Shown here in pieces: positions 46,686 through 55,241 of a DNA stretch of 64,000 nucleotides. Each line of letters starts with the position of its first letter. Position 1 is the stretch's first letter. The notes beneath the pieces are model-generated. The model was not told the DNA's origin. It worked only from the letters and a program-made list of their open reading frames with translations, and did no database searches. The DNA lies in contig JBMORM010000025.1 in the NCBI GenBank assembly GCA_049322675.1, positions 520-64,519 on the forward strand. Direction: 5' to 3'. Origin of the DNA: Patescibacteria group bacterium (GTDB lineage: Bacteria > Patescibacteriota > JAHJAL01). The translations under genes and the position numbers were made by a program.

Positions 46686-47827
46686 TGAAGACAGTTAGAA
46701 AAAATACTTGGCTGCGATCAATTTTTGGCGAACAATCAGGTGGAAAACCTGATTATTTGCTGGCGGTTTTGGTTTTTGCTCTGGTTATTTTTGGTTTGAT
46801 TATGGTTTCTTCGGTGTCAGTAGTAGTTAGTTATGACACTTTTGGTGATAGTCATCGATTTCTACGTGATCAATTTGTCTCTGCCTTGATTGGTTTGGTA
46901 GCATTTTTTGTGGTTTCCAAGATTGATTATACTTTTTGGAAAAGAAATGCAATTTTTATGTTGATTGGCACTTTGTTGTTGTTGATTATGGTTTTTATTC
47001 CCGGTTTGAGTTTTGAGTATGGTGGTGCCAAAAGATGGATATTGATTGGTCCGTTATTTTTTCAACCCTCGGAGATAATAAAATTGACGTTTTTGTTTTA
47101 TCTGTCTGCCTGGTTGGCCAAGAAAGGGGAATTGGTACAAAATTTTTCCATGGGATTTTTGCCTTTTGTTTTTTTGATGGTTTTGGTAACTGGTTTGATA
47201 ATGATGCAACCTGATTTGGGGACGATGTTGGTAATTGCGGCTATGTCCGGGGCATTATTTTTTGTTTCTGGAGCCAATTTGAAACATATTTTTTTAATAA
47301 TTGTTGGTTCATTGGGAGCAGTATGGTTGTTGATTATTAGTGCTCCGTATCGGATGGCTCGTTTGACTGCTTTTTTGAATCCGGAAGAGAATATCTTGGG
47401 AATAGGATATCATGTTCAACAGGCATTGGTGGCGATCGGTTCAGGCGGATGGCTTGGTCGTGGTTTTGGACGTAGTTTACAGAAGTATGCTTATTTACCA
47501 GAAGTGTCCGGTGATTCGATATTTGCGATTATGGCCGAAGAATTGGGGTTTATTCGGATATCTTTGTTTTTAGCGGTTTATATTTTCTTTCTCAGCCGGG
47601 GAATTTTGATTGCTAAAAAAGCTCCTGATGTTTTTGGCAAATTATTGGCTTTGGGAATTGTGACTTGGTTTGGTTTCCAGGCTTTTGTGAATATTTCTGC
47701 CATGTTGTCTCTGTTGCCTTTGACTGGTTTACCTTTGCCATTTATCAGCTATGGCGGTTCATCTTTAGTGATTTCTTTAATTGCGGTTGGAGTCTTATAC
47801 AATATCTCCAAAAAAGCGAGGATATAG
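46685..47827 (+). CDS. ftsW: Cell division SEDS protein FtsW
   Basis: It carries the SEDS motifs. Its dcw position between mraY and murG supports the call. Confidence 0.85.
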   Translation: MKTVRKNTWLRSIFGEQSGGKPDYLLAVLVFALVIFGLIMVSSVSVVVSYDTFGDSHRFLRDQFVSALIGLVAFFVVSKIDYTFWKRNAIFMLIGTLLLLIMVFIPGLSFEYGGAKRWILIGPLFFQPSEIIKLTFLFYLSAWLAKKGELVQNFSMGFLPFVFLMVLVTGLIMMQPDLGTMLVIAAMSGALFFVSGANLKHIFLIIVGSLGAVWLLIISAPYRMARLTAFLNPEENILGIGYHVQQALVAIGSGGWLGRGFGRSLQKYAYLPEVSGDSIFAIMAEELGFIRISLFLAVYIFFLSRGILIAKKAPDVFGKLLALGIVTWFGFQAFVNISAMLSLLPLTGLPLPFISYGGSSLVISLIAVGVLYNISKKARI

Positions 47828-48949
47828 ATGAAAAAGGTTAATAAAAAAAGAATAGTTTTGACCGGGGGTGGTTCAGGAGGGCATGCTTTTCCTTTGATAT
47901 TTATCTGGGAACAGATAAAAGATGATTATGATTTTCTGTTTATTGGCGAACAAAATGGTAAAGAAGAGGAAATTGTTAAGAGAACAAAGATAGAATACAA
48001 GGGAATTTGGGCGGGAAAGTGGAGGCGATATTTTAGTTGGAGGAATTATATAGATGTATTGCGAGTTCCTATTGGAATATGGCAAAGTTATTGGATTATG
48101 AAGAAGTGGAAACCGGATTTGGTATTGGCTAAAGGTGGTTATGTGTCTGTACCGGTGGTGCTTGCGGCGGCTTTATTGAAAATTAAAATAATTTCTCATG
48201 AGTCGGATGCGATAATGGGTTTGGCCAATAGAATTTCGGCCAGATATGCTGACAAGATTGCTGTTGCTTTTCCAGTTGGTAGGTATGGAGTAAAATATGC
48301 CGATAAAATGATTTGGGTTGGTATGCCAGTGCGACGATGGAAATATCGGCAGGAAGATGAACCCATGTTGAGAAAAGATTTTTCGATTAAAAATGATTTA
48401 CCGGTTTTGTTGGTGACCGGGGGAAGTCAGGGAGCGGTTAACGTTAATAAATATGTAATGAAATATCTGGACGAAATATTAAAATTTTGTAATGTGATTC
48501 ATTTGACCGGAAAATATGATTATAAGAGGGTGAAGTCTTGGCGGGAAAAAATGAAAAATAATCAAGACAGATATTTGGTGTATGATTTTTTGTTTGAAGA
48601 TTATGAGAAGGCAATGGTTTTGTGTGATTTATTGATTTCAAGAGCTGGTTCGACTTTGGCGGAGATTTCCAATCTGGCTAAGCCATCGATTTTGATTCCT
48701 TTGCCAACTTCGGCTAGCAATCATCAGTATTATAACGCTAAAAGTTTTGAAGATGTTGGTGCTAGTGTAATGGTGGAGGAGAGGGATTTTGATAAAATAA
48801 ATTTGGCGGTATTGGTAAAATCATTGCTTTTCGACGAAGAAGGAATAGAGGAGATGAAAGCGGCGGCGGTAACTGCGATGCAAACGCAAGGTTCAGCCCG
48901 GATTGTCGCTGATTTAATTGATAGTGTATTGGGAGGAGAAGATGTTTAA
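47828..48949 (+). CDS. murG: UDP-GlcNAc:lipid I N-acetylglucosamine transferase
   Basis: It has LTGGGSGGHAFP and a GT28 C-terminal domain. Confidence 0.9.
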   Translation: MKKVNKKRIVLTGGGSGGHAFPLIFIWEQIKDDYDFLFIGEQNGKEEEIVKRTKIEYKGIWAGKWRRYFSWRNYIDVLRVPIGIWQSYWIMKKWKPDLVLAKGGYVSVPVVLAAALLKIKIISHESDAIMGLANRISARYADKIAVAFPVGRYGVKYADKMIWVGMPVRRWKYRQEDEPMLRKDFSIKNDLPVLLVTGGSQGAVNVNKYVMKYLDEILKFCNVIHLTGKYDYKRVKSWREKMKNNQDRYLVYDFLFEDYEKAMVLCDLLISRAGSTLAEISNLAKPSILIPLPTSASNHQYYNAKSFEDVGASVMVEERDFDKINLAVLVKSLLFDEEGIEEMKAAAVTAMQTQGSARIVADLIDSVLGGEDV

Positions 48950-50342
48950 ACATATTTTTTTGGTTGGAATCGGTGGGGTTTCGATGAGCGGAATTGCTCG
49001 GATTTTACGGGGAATGGGGATAAAAGTATCTGGTTCCGATGTAGTAGAGTCGGCGGAGACAAAAAAATTGGAAAAGGAAGGGTTTGATGTATATGTTGGT
49101 CACAAAGAGAGTAATATTTCGACGGATGTTGATTTGGTAGTAGTGTCGGCGGCGATCGATGAAAAAAATTTTGAGGTGGCTAGTGCTCTAAAAAGAGATA
49201 TCCCAGTGTGGCGCCGGCTGCAGTTGATAAATTATTTGGTTGATGAAAAGGTAATGGTGGCGGTGACCGGGATGCATGGAAAAACGACGGTATCGTCGAT
49301 GATTGCCACTATTTGTTTTGAAGCAAAAGAGGATCCAACGATTATGGTTGGTGGAGAAGTTAGAGCGATTTCTTCCAATTCGCGTTATGGCAAGGGTGAG
49401 TTGTGGATATTGGAGGCGTGTGAGTATAAAAGGTCATTTTTGGATTTGAAACCAAATATTGCCGTTGTAACAAATATTGAAGAAGAACATATGGATGTGT
49501 ATCGGGATTTGGATGATATAGTTGATACTTTTGGTTTGTTTGTCAAACAAGTGGATCCGGGAGGATTGGTAGTGGCTTGTACAGATGACAAAAACGTTAG
49601 AAAGGTGATTGGTGGTTCTCAAGCCAATGTGGCTGGTTATGGTTTTGAAGTTCGTCCGAAAAATTTTACCGGGGTATATTGGCAAATAAAAAATTTGGAA
49701 ATACTTGATGGAAAGAGTATGTTTGATCTTTATGTCGATGATGAATATTACGATAATTTTTGTCTTAGTATTCCGGGTAGCTTCAATGTTTTAAATGCAG
49801 TGGCGGCGATTGTGGTAGCTGATTTTTTGGTAATAGATATTAATATGGTCAAGGAATCATTGAAAAATTTTTTGGGCGCAAGAAGAAGAATGGATGTGCT
49901 ATATAATTCAGAAAAAATTACGATTATTGATGATTATGGACATCATCCGACCGAAATTGATAATTTTTTGACAGCGATTAGACAAAAATATAGCAAGAAA
50001 AAGCTTTGGTTGGTGTGGCAACCCCATCAATACAGTCGTACTTGGCAGTTTTTGGATAAGTTTGTAGAGTGTTTTAAGGGAGTGGACAAATTGATTTTGA
50101 CCGAAATATATGAAGCTCGGGATGCGAAGGAGGTTAAAGAGAAGATTGATGGTAAAAAACTTTGTGAAGTGATGTTGAAAGCAAAAATTGATTCTGTCTA
50201 TTTTCCGACTTATGATGAGGTGGTTGCTTATTTGAAGAAAAATTATGTTGAGGGGAGTTTGTTGATTACTTTGGGGGCGGGGCCGGTTAATGAGGTTGCG
50301 GAAAAAGTAAAAAAAATTTTGGTAAAGGAAAAAGCAAGTTGA
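48942..50342 (+). CDS. murC: UDP-N-acetylmuramate--L-alanine ligase
   Basis: It has GIGGVSMSGIARIL and the Mur ligase P-loop GMHGKTT. The start is taken at the MFKH Met. The track ORF starts upstream at 48918, inside murG. Confidence 0.9.
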   Translation: MFKHIFLVGIGGVSMSGIARILRGMGIKVSGSDVVESAETKKLEKEGFDVYVGHKESNISTDVDLVVVSAAIDEKNFEVASALKRDIPVWRRLQLINYLVDEKVMVAVTGMHGKTTVSSMIATICFEAKEDPTIMVGGEVRAISSNSRYGKGELWILEACEYKRSFLDLKPNIAVVTNIEEEHMDVYRDLDDIVDTFGLFVKQVDPGGLVVACTDDKNVRKVIGGSQANVAGYGFEVRPKNFTGVYWQIKNLEILDGKSMFDLYVDDEYYDNFCLSIPGSFNVLNAVAAIVVADFLVIDINMVKESLKNFLGARRRMDVLYNSEKITIIDDYGHHPTEIDNFLTAIRQKYSKKKLWLVWQPHQYSRTWQFLDKFVECFKGVDKLILTEIYEARDAKEVKEKIDGKKLCEVMLKAKIDSVYFPTYDEVVAYLKKNYVEGSLLITLGAGPVNEVAEKVKKILVKEKAS

Positions 50343-50378
50343 TAAATAAATAATTGAATTTTTTTGGATATATAAAAT

Positions 50379-51347
50379 ATGACATATTTGCAAGAAAATA
50401 TTAGTTTAGCAAAATATTCTTTTTATCGTACGGGTGGTTTGGCAAGATATTTTCTGGAAATAAATACGGCAGAAGATTTTGAGGAAGCAAAAAAAATTAT
50501 CGGCGATTTAGAGATAAATGATGTGATTGTTTGGGGGGCCGGTTCAAATATTTTGATATCTGATGAGGGTTGGAAGGGATTGGTAATAAAAAATAATTAT
50601 GCCAAATTGGAAAAAATAGCCGATGGGAGTTGGTTGGTCGGTTCCGGATTGGCTTTACCGTTTGTGGCTCGTAAATTGGCGGAAGCGGGTTACCAGGGTT
50701 TGGAAAGGTTGGCAAGTGTTCCGGGGTCGGTCGGTGGCGGCATCAGAGGTAACGCTGAGGCTTGGCGTCAGAATATTTCTGATTGTATTAGAGAAGTGAT
50801 TTGGTTTGATTGGAATGAGGGTGAAAAGATTATCAAAAAAAATGATTGTGGATTTGGTTATCGAACTTCCGTTTTTAAAACAAAAGATGATTATAGTCAC
50901 GGGTTGATCAAAGAGGCAATATTTGATTTTAAAATAGTCGATTTCAAAGATTTGATAAATACTATTGAAACTGACAAGAAAAACCGGCAGAATAATCAAC
51001 CGGATTTGCCGTCATGTGGTTGTTTTTTTAAAAATATTTTATTGGATGAAGAAAATTGGGAAAAAATTGAGAAAAATTTGGGAAAAGAATTTCTGTCGGA
51101 TAGAAAGCTTGGTGATTTGTTTTCGGCGGGTAAGTTGATAGATCAGGCGGGATATAAAGATTTGTGTGTGGGAGGGGCTTGTGTGTCTAAAGTCCATGCC
51201 AATTTTATTGTCAACAAAGAAAAGGCTACCTCGCAAGATATTTATGATTTGCATAAAAAAGTTTATTTGGGAATAAAGGGTAAATTTGGTATTGAGCTTG
51301 AACCTGAGGTACAAATATATGGAAGATTCGCCAAAAATTCAGCGTAG
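50379..51347 (+). CDS. murB: UDP-N-acetylenolpyruvoylglucosamine reductase
   Basis: It has an FAD-binding PCMH domain, FYRTGGLARYF. The MurB C-terminal domain carries S/GGAC. Confidence 0.85.
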   Translation: MTYLQENISLAKYSFYRTGGLARYFLEINTAEDFEEAKKIIGDLEINDVIVWGAGSNILISDEGWKGLVIKNNYAKLEKIADGSWLVGSGLALPFVARKLAEAGYQGLERLASVPGSVGGGIRGNAEAWRQNISDCIREVIWFDWNEGEKIIKKNDCGFGYRTSVFKTKDDYSHGLIKEAIFDFKIVDFKDLINTIETDKKNRQNNQPDLPSCGCFFKNILLDEENWEKIEKNLGKEFLSDRKLGDLFSAGKLIDQAGYKDLCVGGACVSKVHANFIVNKEKATSQDIYDLHKKVYLGIKGKFGIELEPEVQIYGRFAKNSA

Positions 51348-52116
51348 GGTTAGAAGACAATATGACCCAAATGTGGTGGTGATGCCTCCGGCCAAGGGTG
51401 GTTGGTGGAGGATGTTGGTTATTTTTTTGATTGTAGTTTTGTTGTTTGGCGGAGCGGTTTATATGTTGTTTTTTTCTGATTATTTCAAGATTAAAGATGT
51501 GCAAATAACTGGTGACACGAAACAGGAAATTGTTGATGGAATAAAGGAAATGTTGAAATGGGATACGGAGTATATGATTATGTTCAATGAACAACAGTTT
51601 GGAGATAGTGTTTTGAAGCGTTGGGATGATCTGGCCGAGGTGAAGGTGGAAAAAGATTGGCCAGCGAATTTAAAAATCGAATTGACGGAAGAAGTGCCGG
51701 TATTGATTTGGAATAGCGAGGGTAAGTTGTTTTTGGTGGACAAAACTGGGGTGGTTATGAAGCAGATTGATGAAAAGGAAAGGTTGGAATTGTATAATTT
51801 GTTGCCGGTTGTGGGCGATCTTTCCGGATTGCCGGTTGAGGAGAATAAAAAAATTGTTAGTCGAAGTTTTATTTCTTTTATTGATGAAGTAAAAAAAGGT
51901 ATCAATGAATCAATAAAGAAAGAAATCGAAGCTTTCGAGATTAAAGAAACAACTTTTACTTTACGAGTACGGATGAAAGAAGGGTATGAAGTGTATTTTG
52001 ATACTTTACGTGATCCACAGACTCAAATAGTAAAATTGAATAGTTTTTTGAAAAATCAAATATTGGTTGATGATTATATAGATTTGAGGGTCAATGGAAA
52101 AGTTTATTATAAGTAG
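51319..52116 (+). CDS. ftsQ: Cell division protein FtsQ/DivIB (POTRA)
   Basis: It has a single TM helix followed by a POTRA-like domain, FKIKDVQITG. It lies directly after murB. The start is uncertain; the track gives 51286. Confidence 0.6.
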   Translation: MEDSPKIQRRVRRQYDPNVVVMPPAKGGWWRMLVIFLIVVLLFGGAVYMLFFSDYFKIKDVQITGDTKQEIVDGIKEMLKWDTEYMIMFNEQQFGDSVLKRWDDLAEVKVEKDWPANLKIELTEEVPVLIWNSEGKLFLVDKTGVVMKQIDEKERLELYNLLPVVGDLSGLPVEENKKIVSRSFISFIDEVKKGINESIKKEIEAFEIKETTFTLRVRMKEGYEVYFDTLRDPQTQIVKLNSFLKNQILVDDYIDLRVNGKVYYK

Positions 52117-52151
52117 ATTTTCAATCGTGGTTGAATAGGCGGAGATTTAAT

Positions 52152-53834
52152 ATGAAAAGTGAATATATTTGGGAAACGAGTGGATTGGTGTCTAATTTGG
52201 ATGAATTTCGGCGCTTGATCGTAAAAAAAAGATTGAGGGGAAATCAAAGTGATGCGGATTTTTTGAATCCGAGGTTTGATTTTGCCGATCCGTTTTTATT
52301 GACTGATATGCAAAAAGCCGTTAATCGAATTGCGAAAGCTATTGAAAATCGGGAGAAAGTATTGATATATGGTGATTATGATGCAGATGGGGTGACGAGT
52401 TTAGCGTTGTTGTATGAGTTATTGAATTATTTTGGTATTGAGCCACAAGTTTATATACCTGATCGAATGACGGAGGGTTATGGTATTAAATATTCGGTTT
52501 TAAAGAGGTTTTTTGATGAAGGGATTAGTTTAGTAATTACTGTTGATTGTGGTATCAGGGAGGTAGAAGTTTCCAAAAAAATATTATCGTTGGGTTTGGA
52601 CATGATCGTGACAGATCATCATGAATTGGGAGCAAAGATTCCCGAGGCGGTGGCGATAGTAAATCCCAAGCGTCCAAATAGCAAATATCCGGAAAAAGAG
52701 TTGGCGGGTGTGGGGGTAGTGTATGCTTTAGCCCGGGCACTGATGGATTATATGAAAGTGGAGAAGATGGAAAAAGAAAAGTTTTTGAAGTGGAATTTGG
52801 ATTTGGTGGCGGTTGGGACGGTGGCTGACATGGTCCCGTTGTTGGGGGAAAATCGGATTTTAGTAAAATATGGTTTGATAGTATTGGCGAAAAGCAAAAA
52901 AAAGGGCCTGAGAGAGTTAATAAATTTTTCAGGTATTCGAAATAAAACATTGACCAGTTGGGATATCGGTTTTGGTTTGGCACCAAGAATAAATGCGACA
53001 GGTAGAATTGATGATGCCAATCATTCATTTAATCTTTTGATTGAAAAAGAACAATTGGAAGCGGAGATTTTGGCAAAAAGTATTGAGGGCAAAAATCAGG
53101 AACGCAAGCAGTTGACAGAAGAAATTTGGGAGAAGATAAAAAATGAACTTGACGAACAAAATTTGCCGGCTTGTATCATGATGGCAAATGAAGGTTGGTC
53201 GAAGGGGGTCTTGGGATTGATTGCTTCCAAGGCGATTAGATATTATAATCGGCCGGCGATTGTGGCGGCGATCGATGGCGACAAAGTTGTTGGTTCGGCA
53301 CGGAGTATTTTTGGAATCAATGTAGTAAAATTGCTTGACTTGAATTGTGATTTTTTGAGTCAATATGGAGGGCATGAAAAAGCGGCTGGATTGACCTTGG
53401 ATAAAAGCAATTGGGAAAACTTTCGGATCAAGATGAACAATGATATTGAAAAATTATTGGAAAAGGAAGATTTGCGTCCAAAATTGGAAATCGATGCCCA
53501 AATCCGGTTTGATTTGATAGGTGATTCTTTGTGGAATGTAATTGAGTTATTGCATCCATTTGGAATAGCAAATGAGGAACCGTTATTCATGACGAACCGT
53601 TGTGTGGTCAGCAAAACCAGAATGATCGGTAAAAACAATAACCATTTCAAAATGTTTTTCTCTTTGTCGAATGGAGAATCAATCGAGGGAATAATGTGGA
53701 ATAGTCAGGATTTACAACGAGAGGTTGAGAGTGGGGATACAATCGATTTGGTATATAATTTGAGAAAAAACGTTTGGCAAGATCGGGAAAATTATTTGTT
53801 AAATATTATTGATTTTAAGAAAAATGAAGAATAA
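52152..53834 (+). CDS. recJ: Single-stranded-DNA-specific exonuclease RecJ
   Basis: DHH motifs are IYGDYDADGV, TVDCG and TDHH. A DHHA1 domain is present, carrying GGH. Confidence 0.9.
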   Translation: MKSEYIWETSGLVSNLDEFRRLIVKKRLRGNQSDADFLNPRFDFADPFLLTDMQKAVNRIAKAIENREKVLIYGDYDADGVTSLALLYELLNYFGIEPQVYIPDRMTEGYGIKYSVLKRFFDEGISLVITVDCGIREVEVSKKILSLGLDMIVTDHHELGAKIPEAVAIVNPKRPNSKYPEKELAGVGVVYALARALMDYMKVEKMEKEKFLKWNLDLVAVGTVADMVPLLGENRILVKYGLIVLAKSKKKGLRELINFSGIRNKTLTSWDIGFGLAPRINATGRIDDANHSFNLLIEKEQLEAEILAKSIEGKNQERKQLTEEIWEKIKNELDEQNLPACIMMANEGWSKGVLGLIASKAIRYYNRPAIVAAIDGDKVVGSARSIFGINVVKLLDLNCDFLSQYGGHEKAAGLTLDKSNWENFRIKMNNDIEKLLEKEDLRPKLEIDAQIRFDLIGDSLWNVIELLHPFGIANEEPLFMTNRCVVSKTRMIGKNNNHFKMFFSLSNGESIEGIMWNSQDLQREVESGDTIDLVYNLRKNVWQDRENYLLNIIDFKKNEE

Positions 53835-55170
53835 GAATACAATGTTTGTTTGTAACAATTGTGGAAATGAATTTTCCCGTTGGTTGGGAAAGTGCGAAAG
53901 TTGTGGCGAGTGGAATACTTTGAAGGAAGTAGCAGCTAAAGATATGGAAGTTGTAAAGGAGATTGAAAAGAGAGGTGAGTATAAAGTTGGCAATCTGGCA
54001 AAATTGTCTGATGCCAATTTTGAGGGCGAAAGGTTTTTGAGCAAAATAGAAGAGTGGGATAGGGTTTTGGGTGGTGGAATGGTGCGAGGAAGTTTGATAT
54101 TGATTGGAGGTGAACCTGGTATTGGAAAGTCAACTTTGATGGTTCAGGTTGCGGATGCGTTGACCAGGGATGGAAAAAAAGTGTTGTATGTTTCCGGTGA
54201 AGAGTCTTTGGCTCAGGTTGGCGGTCGGGCAAAAAGGTTGGGAACAAAAACAGAAGATATTGATTTTTTGGATAGTGTTTGGTTGGAAAATATTGAAAAA
54301 ATTGCAGTTGGAAAAAAATATGGGTTGATGATTATTGATTCGGTGCAAACCTTGGTTAGCTCTCAGTTGGGTGGTAGTTTGGGCTCGATGGCCCAAATCA
54401 GATACTGTGTTGCAAGATTGATGCAACTTGCAAAAAAAGAGAATTTAATTATTTTGTTGGTTGGTCATGTCACTAAAGATGGCGAGGTGGCTGGACCAAG
54501 GGTATTGGAACATTTGGTTGATGTGGTATTGTTTTTTGAAGGTGAACGCACGGAAGAATTGAGAGTATTGCGTGTCTTCAAAAATCGTTTTGGAGCAACG
54601 GATGAAACTGGGGTTTTTGTGATGACGGAAACCGGCTTGAAAAGTGTGGTTGATGTGTCAAAACAATTTTTGAAAGAAAGAAAAACGGGGGTGCCTGGTT
54701 CAGTGGTTTGCGTGGCGATGGAGGGGACGAGACCATTTCTGATCGAAATTCAGGCGATTGTGGACCGTACTCAGTTTGGTAATCCTAGAAGAACGAGCGT
54801 AGGAGTGGATTTGGCACGTTTGTCGATGTTGTTGGCGGTTTTGGGAAAGAGGGCTAAAATAAATATTTATGATAAAGATGTGTATGTCAATGTGGTGGGT
54901 GGTTTTAAATTAAAAGATCGATCAACAGATTTGGGGGTAGTAATGGCAATTTCTTCGGTTGTTTTGGATAAACCAATTTCTCCGGAGGTGGCGGTGTTTG
55001 GAGAGTTGGGTTTGTTGGGTGAGATTAGGCGAGTAAAATCTATGGACAAGAGAATAATGGAGGCAAAAAAAATGGGTTTTCAGAAAATATATGGTCCTTC
55101 GATTGAGAAGAGATATGAAAACTTTTGGCAAGTTGATAATATTGGAAATATTATCGCGGAGATATTTTAA
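53824..55170 (+). CDS. radA: DNA repair protein RadA/Sms
   Basis: The Zn ribbon is CNNCG...CESCGEW. The Walker A is GEPGIGKST. It has KNRFG and a Lon-like C-terminal domain. Confidence 0.95.
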   Translation: MKNKNTMFVCNNCGNEFSRWLGKCESCGEWNTLKEVAAKDMEVVKEIEKRGEYKVGNLAKLSDANFEGERFLSKIEEWDRVLGGGMVRGSLILIGGEPGIGKSTLMVQVADALTRDGKKVLYVSGEESLAQVGGRAKRLGTKTEDIDFLDSVWLENIEKIAVGKKYGLMIIDSVQTLVSSQLGGSLGSMAQIRYCVARLMQLAKKENLIILLVGHVTKDGEVAGPRVLEHLVDVVLFFEGERTEELRVLRVFKNRFGATDETGVFVMTETGLKSVVDVSKQFLKERKTGVPGSVVCVAMEGTRPFLIEIQAIVDRTQFGNPRRTSVGVDLARLSMLLAVLGKRAKINIYDKDVYVNVVGGFKLKDRSTDLGVVMAISSVVLDKPISPEVAVFGELGLLGEIRRVKSMDKRIMEAKKMGFQKIYGPSIEKRYENFWQVDNIGNIIAEIF

Positions 55171-55183
55171 TTTTTATTGTTTT

Positions 55184-55227
55184 CCCCTTTAAAAAAACCA
55201 CCGTATTTGGTGGTTTTTTTAAAGGGG
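55184..55227. terminator. Bidirectional intrinsic terminator between convergent radA and the envelope operon
   Basis: CCCCTTTAAAAAAACCACC-gtattt-GGTGGTTTTTTTAAAGGGG is a nested palindrome. It has A-run and T-run flanks on both strands. Confidence 0.8.
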
Positions 55228-55241
55228 AAAGTTCTGAATAA

